This document shows positions 19,803-32,800 of a stretch of 64,000 nt of DNA, in pieces. The first letter of the stretch is position 1, and each line of letters starts with the position of its first letter. Both the position numbers and the translations under genes were made by a program. Below the pieces are notes generated by a model. It did no database searches. It saw nothing but the letters and a program-made list of their open reading frames with translations, and was not told the DNA's origin. The DNA is from Marsupella aquatica (lineage: Eukaryota; Plantae; Marchantiophyta): the NCBI GenBank assembly GCA_973895155.1, contig OZ316897.1:6996470-7060469 (forward strand). Reading direction: 5' to 3'.

Positions 19803-22800
19803 TGTTGCACCCCTAACCCGGGCCTTAAATCCAGTTTAGTTCCATGGGGCGACTTTGACCACCAGTCCGGGTGAGGGTTCGGGCAGGGAGGTGTGTAGTG
19901 GCCTCGATTAGCCCTAAGTCGGGCTAAGGCAATATACTTACTGGTATAACACTCACGCAACTCGTACTAGTCATAGGTATATTTGTTTTCCACCGCTGGA
20001 ATATTCCCACAGTTAGTGACTCGAACTAACTCTCGGCTTGGGGCTTTCAAGCCATCGATGTGACAGAACCTTGTGACATGCAATGGGTGGCAATCCCTAC
20101 CATTAGTCCGCACCCGGTACGTCCCTTGAAATGGCACCTTTGCCCAGACAAAGCATACACACAACACCAGTTACTCGCAAAAACATTAGAGGGAAAAGAC
20201 TACATTTACTCAGCGAAGAATCAGTTTACATAGTTGACTCAACTTCTAAGGAGGTCAGCGGGCCCAACGGCAGTCGATGCCCAGTCTCTACGAGGCCCCA
20301 CCCCGCACTTGCCCAGCAAGCTCGACTCTGGCTCTCACTCCTTGGTGCGCTCTGACCCTACTCAGGCCGGGACTCCCCGTGCCTCGCCTTTCCTTACGCT
20401 GAGATAACTAAGTCTTCTCCCCCTCCCACAGCGGAAGGGGAAGCCTAAATACTACATTCGCGGAAAGGATCAGGGAGATACTACCTCCCGAGGTAATGCC
20501 TACTGACTAACTACCTTCTAACTAACTGGCCGCACTCCTCTGACCGGTTGACTGTTGATGACAAGGACGCTGACCGGAATGGCATCAGCCAAGTCTACTG
20601 ACCAAAATCTAGTCCATTGCTGGACTCTATCTTACGTTGGCTGATCCTAACTGATCCGGTCCTAATTCTTCCTACTGTGCCACTAATCGGCGCCTAATGA
20701 TAGCTATTCTGTCGTTATGCCTAACCAAAAGATGCCGCTGACTCAACCGCCTTGCGCGGCGCCTGCTTCCACCCTTCGCTAACCACCCCTTACTTGCGAG
20801 CCGTGGTTGGACTAGGGTTTGTTCCCCTATCGGGGTGAGACCTCCAACCGCCTTGATCATAGGTGGGCCCAGGTCTTCCCCGTTGGAGGACAAGCAGGGT
20901 AATGTGGTCCTGCAAGGCCTTGTTATCTCGCACCGCCTCCTCCACTTCGTTTACAGCTTCATCGACCTTTGTCTGGAGCCGTGCTACCTCTAGGTTGAGC
21001 TGGTTGATGGAGTCACGATGGGTCTGGTCCTGCGCCAGCAATTTATCCCCTTCGGCGGAGAGACTAGCTACCTGCTGAGCTGCTTGTAGGAATTGGTTGT
21101 TGAGGTCGGTCAGGCTGGTAACCCGAGCCGAGGATTTCGAGCGCAACTGAAGCACGGTATCGTCCAGCTTCTTGAGATCTGCTTGCGCCCTGCTCAACTC
21201 CTGGGTTAGTCCGTCCCGCTGTTTGACGGTGGGGACTAACTCCTCACGGCGGGTAGTGGCCTCCTCCTTGAGGTGTTCTACCAGCATTTGGAGGCACCCA
21301 ATCTCATTCCCCTTCGCCATGAGTTCTTCTTCCAAGCGACTTACAATCCGTGGTTGGTGCTCTAACATGAAGAAGGCTGGTTGAAAATACGCCGAGACTT
21401 GTTGTCCGATGTACGTCGCCAGCTCCCCTGACAGAGTCTGACTAAACTTTTGGACCAGGTCGTAGGCCATGGTCCCCGGGGTTACTTGGTAGTCCTCAAT
21501 CCTCTCGGGTACCGGTGGTTCCTCGGGCGGGGTGGTGAGCTCCTCCATAGTCCGCAATGGGGAAGGAAAGGTTTCTTCAGGTGGTGGAGGGATTTGGGGT
21601 GGTTGTACTGCGGGTAGCGGAGGCTCGACGGAAGGGGGCGGCGGAATTTCAGCAGGAGGGGGTGACGAAGTATTAGTCGGGGCCTCCGGCTTGGGGTTTA
21701 TTCGAGGCATGGTAGTCCTCTCGCTCGGGGATGTCTCCCTTGGAGCGGGGGTGACATTAGTTGGGGCTGAGGTGGCCATATTCTTTCCTCTGGCCTCCCA
21801 TCGTGCCTTGTACCAGGCGAGGATGATGACGATATGACTTCCCAAGTAAGTCTTCCCCCCAATAGCCATACCTCCCTGAGCCCGCTTAAGCTCCCCCGAG
21901 AACCTTCGGTAAAAGAATTGGGCCCAGCTCCGCCGTTTGTACTGTTCCATCTGAACGATCGTGCAGAGGGAGATCTCGGATCATGGCTCAGTTATGTGTA
22001 GGGTAGTCCGTATGAAGTTAAGCCACTCCATGCAGATTAAGTTGGTGCACGACCCCTGCTTGTATCCGTTGTCCATCTTACCTTCGGGTTTGAAGTGCCA
22101 AGGTGTATACTCCTTATCCCAAATTTAGAGTTCAACCAGCATCGGCCCGGTTGGCAGGCAGAAGATCTGTGCTAACCGATGCTCCGTGAGTGATAAGGTC
22201 TATCCTGAAACCTTGGTGGTCGATGCGTCAGTGTCGAAATTGGAGATGAACTCACAAATCTCCTTTGGCCTGGCCACGCACGGTCTCCATAGCAAGTGAG
22301 CTAACTGCTCCAACTGATGCTCCTTGAGATAGTCCGCATGGTCGAGTTTCTTGATCGCGATCCAGACTACCTCGGGGACGCAGATTACTTGTAATAAGTT
22401 AGACTTATGATTATCCAGGGGCCGTCAGGTCTGGTTGGTCGGGAGGTTCACCGGGGCAGGTGCAAGAGCGGCGTTGGTTCGCGTTGTCGATTCGGGGGCC
22501 GGCGTCGTCCTTGCCCGCTTACGAGAACGTTGCTCGAGCTGCGGACTAACTCGCTCGGAACCCAAAGAACACTCGGTGTTGTTCACGGGATGGACTTGGG
22601 ATGGGTTGGGGAGTATGCCGGTGGTCATCGGCTGAGGGGCTGGTGGTGTCAATGTCGCCATATCCCAGTTGAAGGCGTTGGAGCTTTCCTCGAGGAACGT
22701 AAGATTATGGGCCGCATCCTGTTGTCTGTTGATGTCTTCTTGGCGCTTTTTGGCTGCAATCTGCTGGTCTAGGTACCCCGGGATCTTGTCAAACTCCGCT

Positions 22801-23655
22801 TGAGTAAGCCGCTAGCTGTCCTTCAGCCTAAAGAACTTCGCGGGGACTTCAAGAATCGCCTCTGCTACCGATCTAAGCCCTTCCTTGCTGAGATATAGCT
22901 TGGTGATGTAGTCCCGCAGCTTGTTGTAGCTGGAATCCCTGGTGATGGCCATCTTCTCGCAATTAACCTGCGCTACCTTGGCCACCAACTTTGCGTATCT
23001 TCTTTTGTAAGTGGCTTTCTCAGGACAAGAGTACCAGTAAGTCTCGGAGAACTTAGCACCTACCTCGCCAAACAAGGTCCAGAATCCCAAGGCTGTAAGG
23101 GTCATACTAACCTTTGTAGTCTGGTTCATCGAGTCCGCATTCCCGCTGTTTGGTCCGCTTACTGGTGGAGGCCTTCCTCGCCCTGACTAAATCTCACCAC
23201 ACCCTGCTCTTATCCCTCGATGATCTCCTCGTAAAGGTCAGCTTGATTCGAGCAAGAAGGCGAGAGAATGGCAGCGTCCACAAATTCTGAAAGGTAGAAA
23301 TGAGCAAATGGCCCGCAACGCCATCGACTCCGCTCTTATGGAGGTGCCAGGGTGAGCTCCGAGCGTGAGTGGGCAAGGTCGTTCCGGTTGTTGATGATGA
23401 GCTGAAGTTGGCGTCTCGGTCCAAGCGTGATTCTTCTAACGGATTTTACTCCGCCGCCGCCACCGTACCGTGGTCAAGCGTAATAACCCTCTGCCTTAAT
23501 TCGTAACCATCGGATCCACTAACCTACTCCTAATCTATTCATAATGGCAAAGACAGCTATTCGTGCTATTCTATGCTACGACTACGGTCCTAATGACCAT
23601 ATAAGACCTAATCTACGACCTGCATTTGGTTAAGTGACACGTTACCTGTGTCACA
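19803..23655 (-). repeat. Family-2 3' LTR (3,853 bp)
   Basis: Direct repeat of 29819-33660; TGTGAC...GCAACA on the minus strand; next to the PPT. Confidence 0.95.
20790..23424 (-). pseudogene. LTR-embedded accessory ORF, family 2 (3' LTR copy)
   Basis: Collinear fragments (23194-23424, 22812-23129, 22425-22661, 20790-21950) broken by stops. Central domain EICEFISNF...LAQIFCLPTG...NGYKQGSCTN, Pro-rich linker, coiled coil. Start approximate. Confidence 0.78.
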
Positions 23656-23657
23656 TA

Positions 23658-23668
23658 GCTCCCCACTC
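23658..23668 (-). promoter_or_regulatory. Polypurine tract, family 2
   Basis: GAGTGGGGAGC-TA-TGTGAC on the minus strand. Confidence 0.85.
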
Positions 23669-24063
23669 AAGTGTGAAGCGTCCTCGCAAACATCATTACG
23701 CTCGTCATCCTGGTGAAAGTACCTCTTCACATGATCGTAACTAACTCGATTGGGAAAGAGGTCGCCGGCGTACGTTGATAGCTGGAGTGATCCGTTCGGG
23801 TACATTTGCTGGACAATGAAAGGTCCCAGCCAGCATGTGTGTAACTTTCCTGGAAAGTACATGTACCTACTGTCGTACAGAAGGACAAGATCTCCCGTAG
23901 CGATGTCCACCTGGCGCAGTCCCTTGTCGTGTTGTTTCTTCGTTGCTTCCTGCCTGGTAGCCACGCATCGCGATGCCCACAATCTCTGTTCTTCTAGACT
24001 GTCAATCTTATATGCTCGATCGGATGAACTAGTAGCCTCCGGTAACCTGTGGCGGATGCTTAC

Positions 24064-24350
24064 CTTGGGGGGTTAACTAAGTGTATATTTTGGGGTACCA
24101 CGTATGATCCTAGCCTAATATAAATAGACCTATTTTATAAAGAAAATATTCCAAGAATATTCTTTATTTTCAATATTAATAACCTATTTTACTTTATAAA
24201 GGGTATATATTAAAGAATATTCTATAAACATGAGTTTATAATACCTTCTTTTGCCTCCTACGCTTTTTAAAAATTTAGTTAAAATATGCCAAAAATACCT
24301 ATTTTGGATCGCACGTGGTTCCTAAGATTTTTGATAGTCAACCCTCTAAG
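24064..24350. mobile_element. hAT-type MITE (287 bp) inserted in the family-2 integrase
   Basis: Imperfect TIRs CTTGGGGGGTTAACTA / TAGTCAACCCTCTAAG, 8-bp TSD ATGCTTAC, AT-rich interior. Confidence 0.9.
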
Positions 24351-27300
24351 ATGCTTACCCGCGGAGTCTCAACCTCGAACTCGATGAGTACAAGTGCATG
24401 TTGTCCGAATACCAAAAAATACGGACTGTGGTTTGTAGTAGTTTTAAACGCCAAGTTGTACGAATAGACCGCCGCAAAAAGCTTATCGTCCCAGTCCGTT
24501 TTGTGAGCGGCTACGGTTTTGTTGAGGATTTTTCCTACGATGCCATTAGCCCACTCTGCTAGTCCGTTACATTTGGGATGGTAAGGGGTAGTCTTCCTGT
24601 GCTTGACGAGGTAGCGGTCAGTCAGTTTTTCCACCGTTTTGTTCAAAAAATGCGTCTTGCGATCGCTGACTAACCCCAAGGGAGGTCCAAAACGGTGAAG
24701 ATCTGTTCATACAGGAACCTGGCGATGGTGGCCGCGTCATCCTTGTCCGTTTCCCGGGCCTCTACCCATTTAGTCGAATAGTCGATAGCGAGAAGGATGT
24801 ACCGGCAACGCCGACCTCGGGTTACCGGGGTGAATGGTCCGATATAATTGATGCCCCATTTCTCAAACGGGGCAAGGGGAAAGATCGGGGTAAGAGGATG
24901 ATTACCCGATTTGCAGGGTTTGTCCGCGCGTTGACATCAGTCGCAACCTCGGATGAAATGGGCTACGTCGTGATGAAGCGTAGGCCACCAATAACCTGCA
25001 TCCAAGATCTTGTGAACCGTGGTGACCGGGGCGAAGTGCCCCCTGCCTCCTCCTCGTGCATAGCTTGCATGACAATGATCGTCTCGTTATAATCTAGGCA
25101 TCTGCAGATCTTCCCATCAACGCCCTCCTTATGCAGATGTCCGCGTATCATCATGTAGGGTGCTGCCTTGCGTAGGAAGATTGATGCGGCCTCCTGATTA
25201 ATGTTACTAGGAATGCGGGTTGTTAAGAGGAAGGTGATTAGGTCCCCGTACCACATCGGTTGGTCCATTTCCACACGGAATAATTCTTCATCAAGGAATG
25301 CATCATCGACAGGTGCGTTGTCCAATTCCCCTTCAATCCTTGAGAAGAAGTCCGCATTCACGTGTGCCTTCCCAGGTCGTACCTTGACTTTGTAATCAAA
25401 TTCTTGGAGCAGCAAGACCCAACGGGCTATTCTTCCCGTCAAGTCCGCTTTGTTTACCATGTACTTGAGGCTGTCATGGTCAGTATGGAATACCACCTTA
25501 TATCCCAATAGATAATGGCGAAACTTTTTACACGAGTAGATGATCCCCAAGGCCTCCCAATCGGTGGGCGAATAGTTTTTCTCCGCTGCAAACAGTTGTC
25601 GGCTCGCAAAGTAATTGGGGTGGTCGCGTTTTTTGTCGTCCAGTTGGCTCAGCACTGACCCGATGCAAAACCCAGACACGTCAACATACACATGGAACTC
25701 CTTATTCCAATCGGGGGTAGTCAAGATCGGAGCCATAGTTAGCCATTTTTTTAGTTCGTCAAAGGCTGCTACTCTATGGGGAGTCATTTCCATGACTACG
25801 TCTTGCCTCATCATTTCGGTAAGGGGCAGGGCTATTTTGGCAAAAATTTGAATGAATCGTTGGTAGTAACCTACGCAGCCTAAGAAGGATCGCACCGCCT
25901 TTTGGTCCATAGGGTAAGGTACATTCATCCGAGCGGCCACTTTTTCTTGGTCCACCTCAATCCCTCGTTTGGATACTCGGTGTCCGAGCAGCACTCCTTC
26001 TGTTACCCTGAAGAAGTATTTACCCGGGTGTAACTTCAAACCTACTTCTCGGCATCGCTCAAAAGTTTGCCTCAGGTGTTCTGGGTGCTAAGCGATTGTT
26101 CCAAAGATGGCAAAATTGTCTATGAAGACCTCCAAAAATTCTCGTAGGAAATCATGAAAAATATTCATAATGATTCGCTGGAACATAGCCGGGGCATTGC
26201 ATAAGCCAAAGGGCATCCTTCTGAATGCGTAGGTTCCCCACTCAGTGATGAACGTAGTTTTGAGCTGGTCCGATAGTCTAATCCAAATCTGGTTATAACC
26301 CGAATATCCATCCAGGAAGGTGTATACCTCATTTTTGGCTACCATGTCAAGGACCATATTCGTGTAGGGGAGTGGGTAATGGTCTTTCCGAGTAGCGTCA
26401 TTGAGCTTCCGGTAATCCTGGCATATTTGAATCTTGGGTTTACCATCGGGCCCTACCTTCTTAGGAACCACCACAATGGGGGACACCCATTCGCTGGATA
26501 AGACGGGGTAGATGATATCCGCCACGATCAGTTGATCTAACTCCTCCTTTACCAAGATGGAATGTCTTGGATTAGTCTTCATTGTCTCTCTCAGACGGCA
26601 TGAGCACCCAAGTTTAGATCAATGACGTGTTCGCCGTAGGCCGGTGAAATTCCGGTTAAGTCTCAATGACTCCATGCGAAGACGTCCTCATATTCTGATA
26701 GGAGTTCTTGGATAGCCTTTTCCTCCGGGGCTCGTAGGCCATAATCGACATTGAATGTCCTCTCCCTCTTTGTGGTGTACTTGCTATAGTGTTCCTTGTG
26801 GATTACATCCACTTGGTCTCTGGTGGCCCGGTCAAGATGGGCCTCCAATTCCTCGAGTCTGGTGCCATTGTAGGCCACAGGTTCCCAGACTGTCAGCTGC
26901 TCCTTGGGTTCCTCCATTACGGACGGTACCTCGGGGCTCCATGTAACTTTCTTTCTTTTGGGAGGAGTGGCGGCCTCGGTAGCGCCCTCCTCGAGTATAC
27001 CTGGCAAGGTGCCCTGGTCAACGACCTTCGTAGGGCTCACTATTACAGGGAATTCTTCACCCGCCGCCGCATCATCTCTTACTGGCGTCCCTGGCGTCTC
27101 GATTGGGGCTGCTGGTCTGGGCTGGTTCAAAATATGGGCCTCTCGGGTGGCCCTTACCGCGAAGACTTCCTCCTCGTCCAGCCGAGAGATTAACTCTACC
27201 ATATTTACCTCTTGTTCGGAGATTTTCTCCTCTGAGTCATATTCTTCGGGTCCCTGGGGTGTTTCGCCCTGATAGTCCTCTTCCTTCCATGACACCATCG

Positions 27301-27659
27301 TAGTTGGGTTACCGAATTGTAACTCCTTCTTTCCCCAGTCGGTAACGACTCGGGCACCGTATAACCAGGGTCTGCCCAACAGTACTGGATAAGTCGAGGG
27401 TCGGACTGGTCGCATCACCAGGTAATTTAGAAAAAACTTGAGGCCTCCAATCCACGTGGATATCTTGGTCAATGTCCCCAATGGCATGATCTGGGCGCCA
27501 TTTGCTAACCGAATGGCACGCGTCGTAGGTTGATAAGATGTATATCCCAACCTCACGGAAGTGTCCTCCGTCATGATATTTACTCCGGACCCGCCATCTA
27601 CCGGTACAAACCAAAGTGTACAACCCGCTATCTCGATAGAGACCTCAGGCGCCCCTAAG

Positions 27660-27722
27660 TCCTGGTAAATCATCATACAGTCCTGGTAAATCATCATACA
27701 GTCCTGGTAAATCATCATACAG
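27660..27722 (-). repeat. 21-bp tandem triplication (MMIYQDC x3) at the gag/protease junction
   Basis: TCCTGGTAAATCATCATACAG occurs three times. Confidence 0.9.
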
Positions 27723-29782
27723 TCTTAGCCTCCTCAGCTTTTTCTGCCGCCTTAGCATCAGTGATATCCTTTTTAATGGCTTTTTGTGCTATTGGGCCTC
27801 GTAGGCTTCCAATTGCTTTTTGACCAGCTCCTCTACTTGCGGGTAAAACAACTTTGGGTTATCCCGTTGGTAGTCTTCCCGCTTGTCCGGTTCCATCGGA
27901 CTATGGTTATCTACGGCCACATCTCTTTGCTTGTCATTCTTCAGAGCCCGTGCTTCATACTTGTCTTTCTTGCGGGATGATCGGGTAGAAACGCGGTAAC
28001 ATTCGTTGTCCGCATGCGCTCCTGGTTGCTCGACTGCTTCTATGAGATCGATCCACTCGGTGGAGTCATCCTGCCATTCCAGCATTACCATTTGTACTAC
28101 CGCATCCGTAGTTGGTGGGGCCGTAGGTAGAGCAGCACGGACGGCACCGGCCTTCGCAGCTAACACCAAGGGGCAGTTTGACATGGAATGTGCTTCGGTT
28201 CGACAGACCTGGCACAACAAAATTGCTCTCCCATCCCCTTGCTTCCGTTGCTCCGTGCACTCTCGGGCAAAGTGACCAGGTTTCTCGCAATTATAGCAAA
28301 TCGGGGTCCTCCAAACTCCGGGTTTAGGTGGAATACTTGGATTGCTGATCATCGGGGGCCACCCCCATTCACAGGATACGGATAAGGGGTATGGAACTCG
28401 AGATTGTGGCCACTTAGGGTGCGAGGTCCCGTCATACTCATCTGGAACACCACCTCAGCCGGATCCTCGAAGAAGTACTCCATTGTGCTTCCCTCTGGCT
28501 CGGACTGTCCGGGCTCCAACTCTATCTGGTGCACACGAGTGTTCCACCTTGGGCATTCTTGCACCACGTGTCCAGACTGATAACATTTGGAGCACCAAGC
28601 ATGCGCTCGGATGGTCAGGCGGTTTCTCCGCCAAGTGCACCGATAGTGCTTTCAGCCGGTCTGTGATTTTGTTCAGCTTTTCTACTTCCATGGCCTTGGG
28701 GTCTGTGGTGACAACCTTGGATCACGGTTTATGTTTACCTGCATCTGACCATGATCCCTTCTTCCTTCGGTGGTTACGAGACTCTGACTCGGTATCGCTG
28801 GAGGATGAGCCAGTCGACGTCGGGCTACTAGACAGGGAATCACTAGACTCTGAATCAGAGTCTAACAAAGAGCTTGTCCAGCCCTTCTTCTTATGCCGGC
28901 GTCTTTTCTTCCTTTTCTTCTCGTCGTACTCTGAGTCGGAATTGCTGAATGTATGATACCTCCTGCTCTTCTTATGCTTGGTCCTCCTATTAAGCTGAGA
29001 GGCGTAGTGCGATTCCCTGAAGGATTCGGCACTATCAATTGCTTGTTGTAGAGTGGTGGTCTTCTTTTCTAGCACTGAGAACGCCATCCTTTGGTCTAGC
29101 GCGTTGACGAACCATTTCCTCAACAGGGAGTCATCGGGCTTAGGCCGAATCTTGGCGGCAACCTTCTGGAATTGCTGCAGAAATTTGCGAAGTGAGTCAT
29201 GCTTACCCATCTGCATTCGTTCGATTTTTGACAGGGCCCGAGATTCGATCCCCACGGGCCTAAACTCTTGCAAAAACACCGTCTAGAACTGGCCCCATGT
29301 GGAACCCCCCGTTGCAAGTTAAACCACGGGCGCGCTTCTCCCCGTAGCACGTCTGGAAGGATGGTTAGCTTAATGGCCTCCTCGCCATTTGCCTTGGCTG
29401 TGGCCTCAAACTCAGCTAGCCACTCATCGGGGTCGTCCATGGATCGTCCCTTGAAGGGTCGATAGTGGAACCGAGATCGCTGTGACACATTCTGGGCTGC
29501 CGGAGGCTGCAACGCACCTGGTGCATGCAGGGCTAGTGGAACCGGTGGAGTTCCTCCCGCCGCTGGTGCTTGGGTTCCCATCACAATAAGCAATCTTGCT
29601 TGGGAAGTTGAGCTCCCCGCTCCGCCAGATGCGGTATTTCCTTCCAAACTTGATGCTCCGTCTATTTGTTGTAAATACGCAGAACATGACCAGGTAATGG
29701 GCATGCCCCTTCCTACATGTCAAGGACAAAATCAAAGGTTAATAGCTCACTACACGGCTCCACTCGTAAGGCAAAATGAGTG

Positions 29783-29801
29783 CCCCCTCCATCTAGCACC
29801 A
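29783..29801 (-). promoter_or_regulatory. Primer-binding site, family 2 (tRNA-Asn-like)
   Basis: TGGTGCTAGATGGAGGGGG on the minus strand, 17 nt from the LTR end. Confidence 0.75.
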
Positions 29802-29818
29802 AAAAACCGGTTGCCGTA

Positions 29819-32800
29819 TGTCGCGCCCCTAACCAGGGCCTTAAAATCCAGTTTAATTCCATGGGGCAACTTTGATCACCAGTCGGGGTGAGGGTTCGGG
29901 CAGGGAGGTGTGTAGTGGCCTCGATTAGCCCTAAGTTGAGCTAAGGCAATATACTTACTGGTACAACACTCACGCAACTTGTACTAGTCATAGGTGTATT
30001 TGTTTTCCACCGCTGGAATATTCCCATAGTTAGTGACTCGGACTAACTCCCAGCTTAGGGCTTTCAAGCCATCGATGCGACAGAACCTTGTGACATGCAA
30101 TGGGTGGCAATCCCTACCATTAGTCCGCACCCGGTACGTCCCTTGAAATGGCGCCTTTGCCCAGACAAAGCATACACACAACACCAGTTACTCGCAAAAA
30201 CATTAGAGGGAAAAGACTACCTTTACTCAGCGAAGAATCAGTTTACATAGTTGACTCGACTTCTAAGGAGGTCAGCGGGCCCAACGACAGTCGATGCCCA
30301 GTCTCTACGAGGCCCCGCCCGCACTTGCCCAGCAAGCTCGACTCTGGCTCTCACTCCTTGGTGCGCTTTGACCCTACTCAGGCCAAGACTCCCCGTGCCT
30401 CGCCTTTCCTTACGATGAGATAACTAAGTCTTCTCCCCCTCCCACAGCGGAAGGAGAAGCCTAAATACTACATTTGCGGAAAGGAACTGGGAGATACTAC
30501 CTCCCGGGGTAATGCCTACTGACTAACTACCTTCTAACTAACTGGACGCACTCCTCTGACCGGTTGACTGTTGACGACAAGGGTGCTGACCGGAATGGCA
30601 TCAGCCAAGTCTACTAACCAAAATCTAGTCCATTGATGGACTCTATCCTACGTTGGCTGATCCTAACTGATCTAGTCCTAATTCTTCCTATTGTGCCGCT
30701 AATCGGTGCCTAATGACAGTTATTCTGTCGTTATGCCTAACCAAAAGATGCCGCTGACTCAACCGCCTTGCGTGGTGCCTGCTTCCACCCTTCGCTAACC
30801 ACCTCTTACGTGCGAGCCATGGTCGGACCAGGGTTTGTCCCCCTTTCGGGGCGAGACCTTGAGCCGCCTTGATTAGAGGTGGGCCTAGGTCTTCCCCGTT
30901 GGAGGACAAGCAGGGTAATGCGGTCCTGCAAGGCCTTGTTGTCCCGCACCGCCTCCTCCGCTTTGTTTGCAGCTTCATCGACCTCTGTCTGGAGCTGTGC
31001 TACCTCCAGGTTGAGCTGGTTGATGGAGTCACGATGGGTCTGGTCCTGCGCCAACAATTTATCCCATTCGGCGGAGAGACTAGCTACCTGCTGAGCTGCT
31101 TGTAGGAATTGGTTGTTGAGGTCGGTCAGGCTGGTAACCCGAGCCGAGGATTCCGAGCGCAATTGAAGCATGGTATCATCCAGCTTCTTGAGATCCGCTT
31201 GCGCCCTGCTCAACTCTTGGGTTAGTCCATCCCGCTGTTCGACGGTGCAGACTAACTCCTCACGGCGGGTAGTGGCCTCCTCCTCGAGGTGTTCTACCAG
31301 CATTTGGAGGCGCCCGATCTCATTCCCCTTCGCCATGAGTTCTTCTTCCAAGCGACTTACAATTCGTGGTTGGTGCTCTAACATGAAGAAGGCTGGTTGA
31401 AAATACGCCGAGACTTGTTGTCCGATGTACGTTGCCAGCTCCCCTGACAGAGTCTAACTAAACTTCTAGACCAGGTCGTAGGCCATGGTCCCCGGGGCTA
31501 CTTGGTAGTCCCCCATCCTCTCGGGTACCGGTGGTTCCTCGGGCGGGGTGGTGAGCTCCTCCATAGTCTGCAATGGGGAAGGAAAGGTTTCTTCAGGTGG
31601 TGGAGGGATGGGGGTGGTTGTACTACGGGTAGCGGAGGCTCGACGGAAGGGGGTGGCAGAATTTCAGCAGGAGGGGGTGACGGAGTATTAGTCGGGGCCT
31701 CCGGCTCGGGGTTTACCCGAGGCACGGTAGTCCGCTCACTCGGGGATGCCTCCCTTGGAGCGAGGGTGACATTAGTCGGGGCTGAGGTGGCCATATTCTT
31801 TCCTCTGGCCTCCCGCCGTGCCTTGTACCAAGCGAGGATGATGGCGATATGACTTCCCAAGTAAGTCTTCCCCCCAATAGCCATACCTCCCTGAGCCCGC
31901 TTAAGCTCCCCCGAGAACCTTCGGTAAAAGAATTGGGCCCAGCTCCCCCGTTTGTACTGTTCCACCTGCACGATCGTGTAGAGGGAGATCTCGGATCGTG
32001 GCTCAATTATGTGTAGGGTAGTTCGTATGAAGTTAAGCTGCTCCATGCAGATTAAGTTGGTGCACGACCCCTGCTTGTATCCGTTGTCCGTCTTACCTTT
32101 AGGTTTGAAGTGCCGAGGTGTATACTCCTTATCCCAAATTTGGAGTTCAACCGGCATCGGCCCGGTTGGCAGGCAGAAGATCTGTGCTAACCGATGCTCC
32201 GTGAGTGATAAGGTCTATCTTGAAACCTTGGTGGTCGATGCGTCAGTGTCGAAATTGGAGATGAACTCACAAATCTCCTTTGGCCCGGCCGCACACGGTC
32301 TCCATAGCAAGTGAGCGAACTGCTCCAACTGATGCTCCTTGAGATAGTCCACGTGGTCGAGTTTCTTGATCGCGATCCAGACTACCTCGGGGATGCGGAT
32401 TACTTGTAATAAGTTAGACTTGGGATTATCCGGGGGCCGTCAGGTCTGGTTGGTCAGGGGTTCGCCAGGGCAGGTGCAGGAGCGGCGTTGGTTTGCGTTG
32501 TCAATTTGGGGGTCGGTGTCGTCCTTGCCCGCTTACAAGAATGTTGCTTGAGCTGCGGACTAACTCGCTCGGAACCCGAAGAACACTCGGTGTTGTTCAC
32601 GGGACGGACTTGGGACTAGTTCGGGATTACGCCGGTGGTCATCGACTGAGGGGCTGGTGGTGTCGGTGTCGCCATATCCCAGTTGAAGGCGTTGGAGCTT
32701 TCTCCAAGGAACGTAAGATTACGTGTCGCTTCCCGTTGTCTGCTGATGTCTTCTTGGCGCTTTTCGGCTGCGATTTGCTGGTCTAGGTATCCTGGGATCT

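Larger units (their letters stand above)
23608..29704 (-). pseudogene. pol: Family-2 gag-pol, disrupted by stops, frameshifts, a deletion and a MITE
   Basis: Fragments homologous to family 1: FKGRSMDDPDEWL, CYNCEKPGHFAREC, PVDGGSG, DYRKLN, MPFGLCNAP, FIDNF, RNase H, integrase with GPF. Confidence 0.92.
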
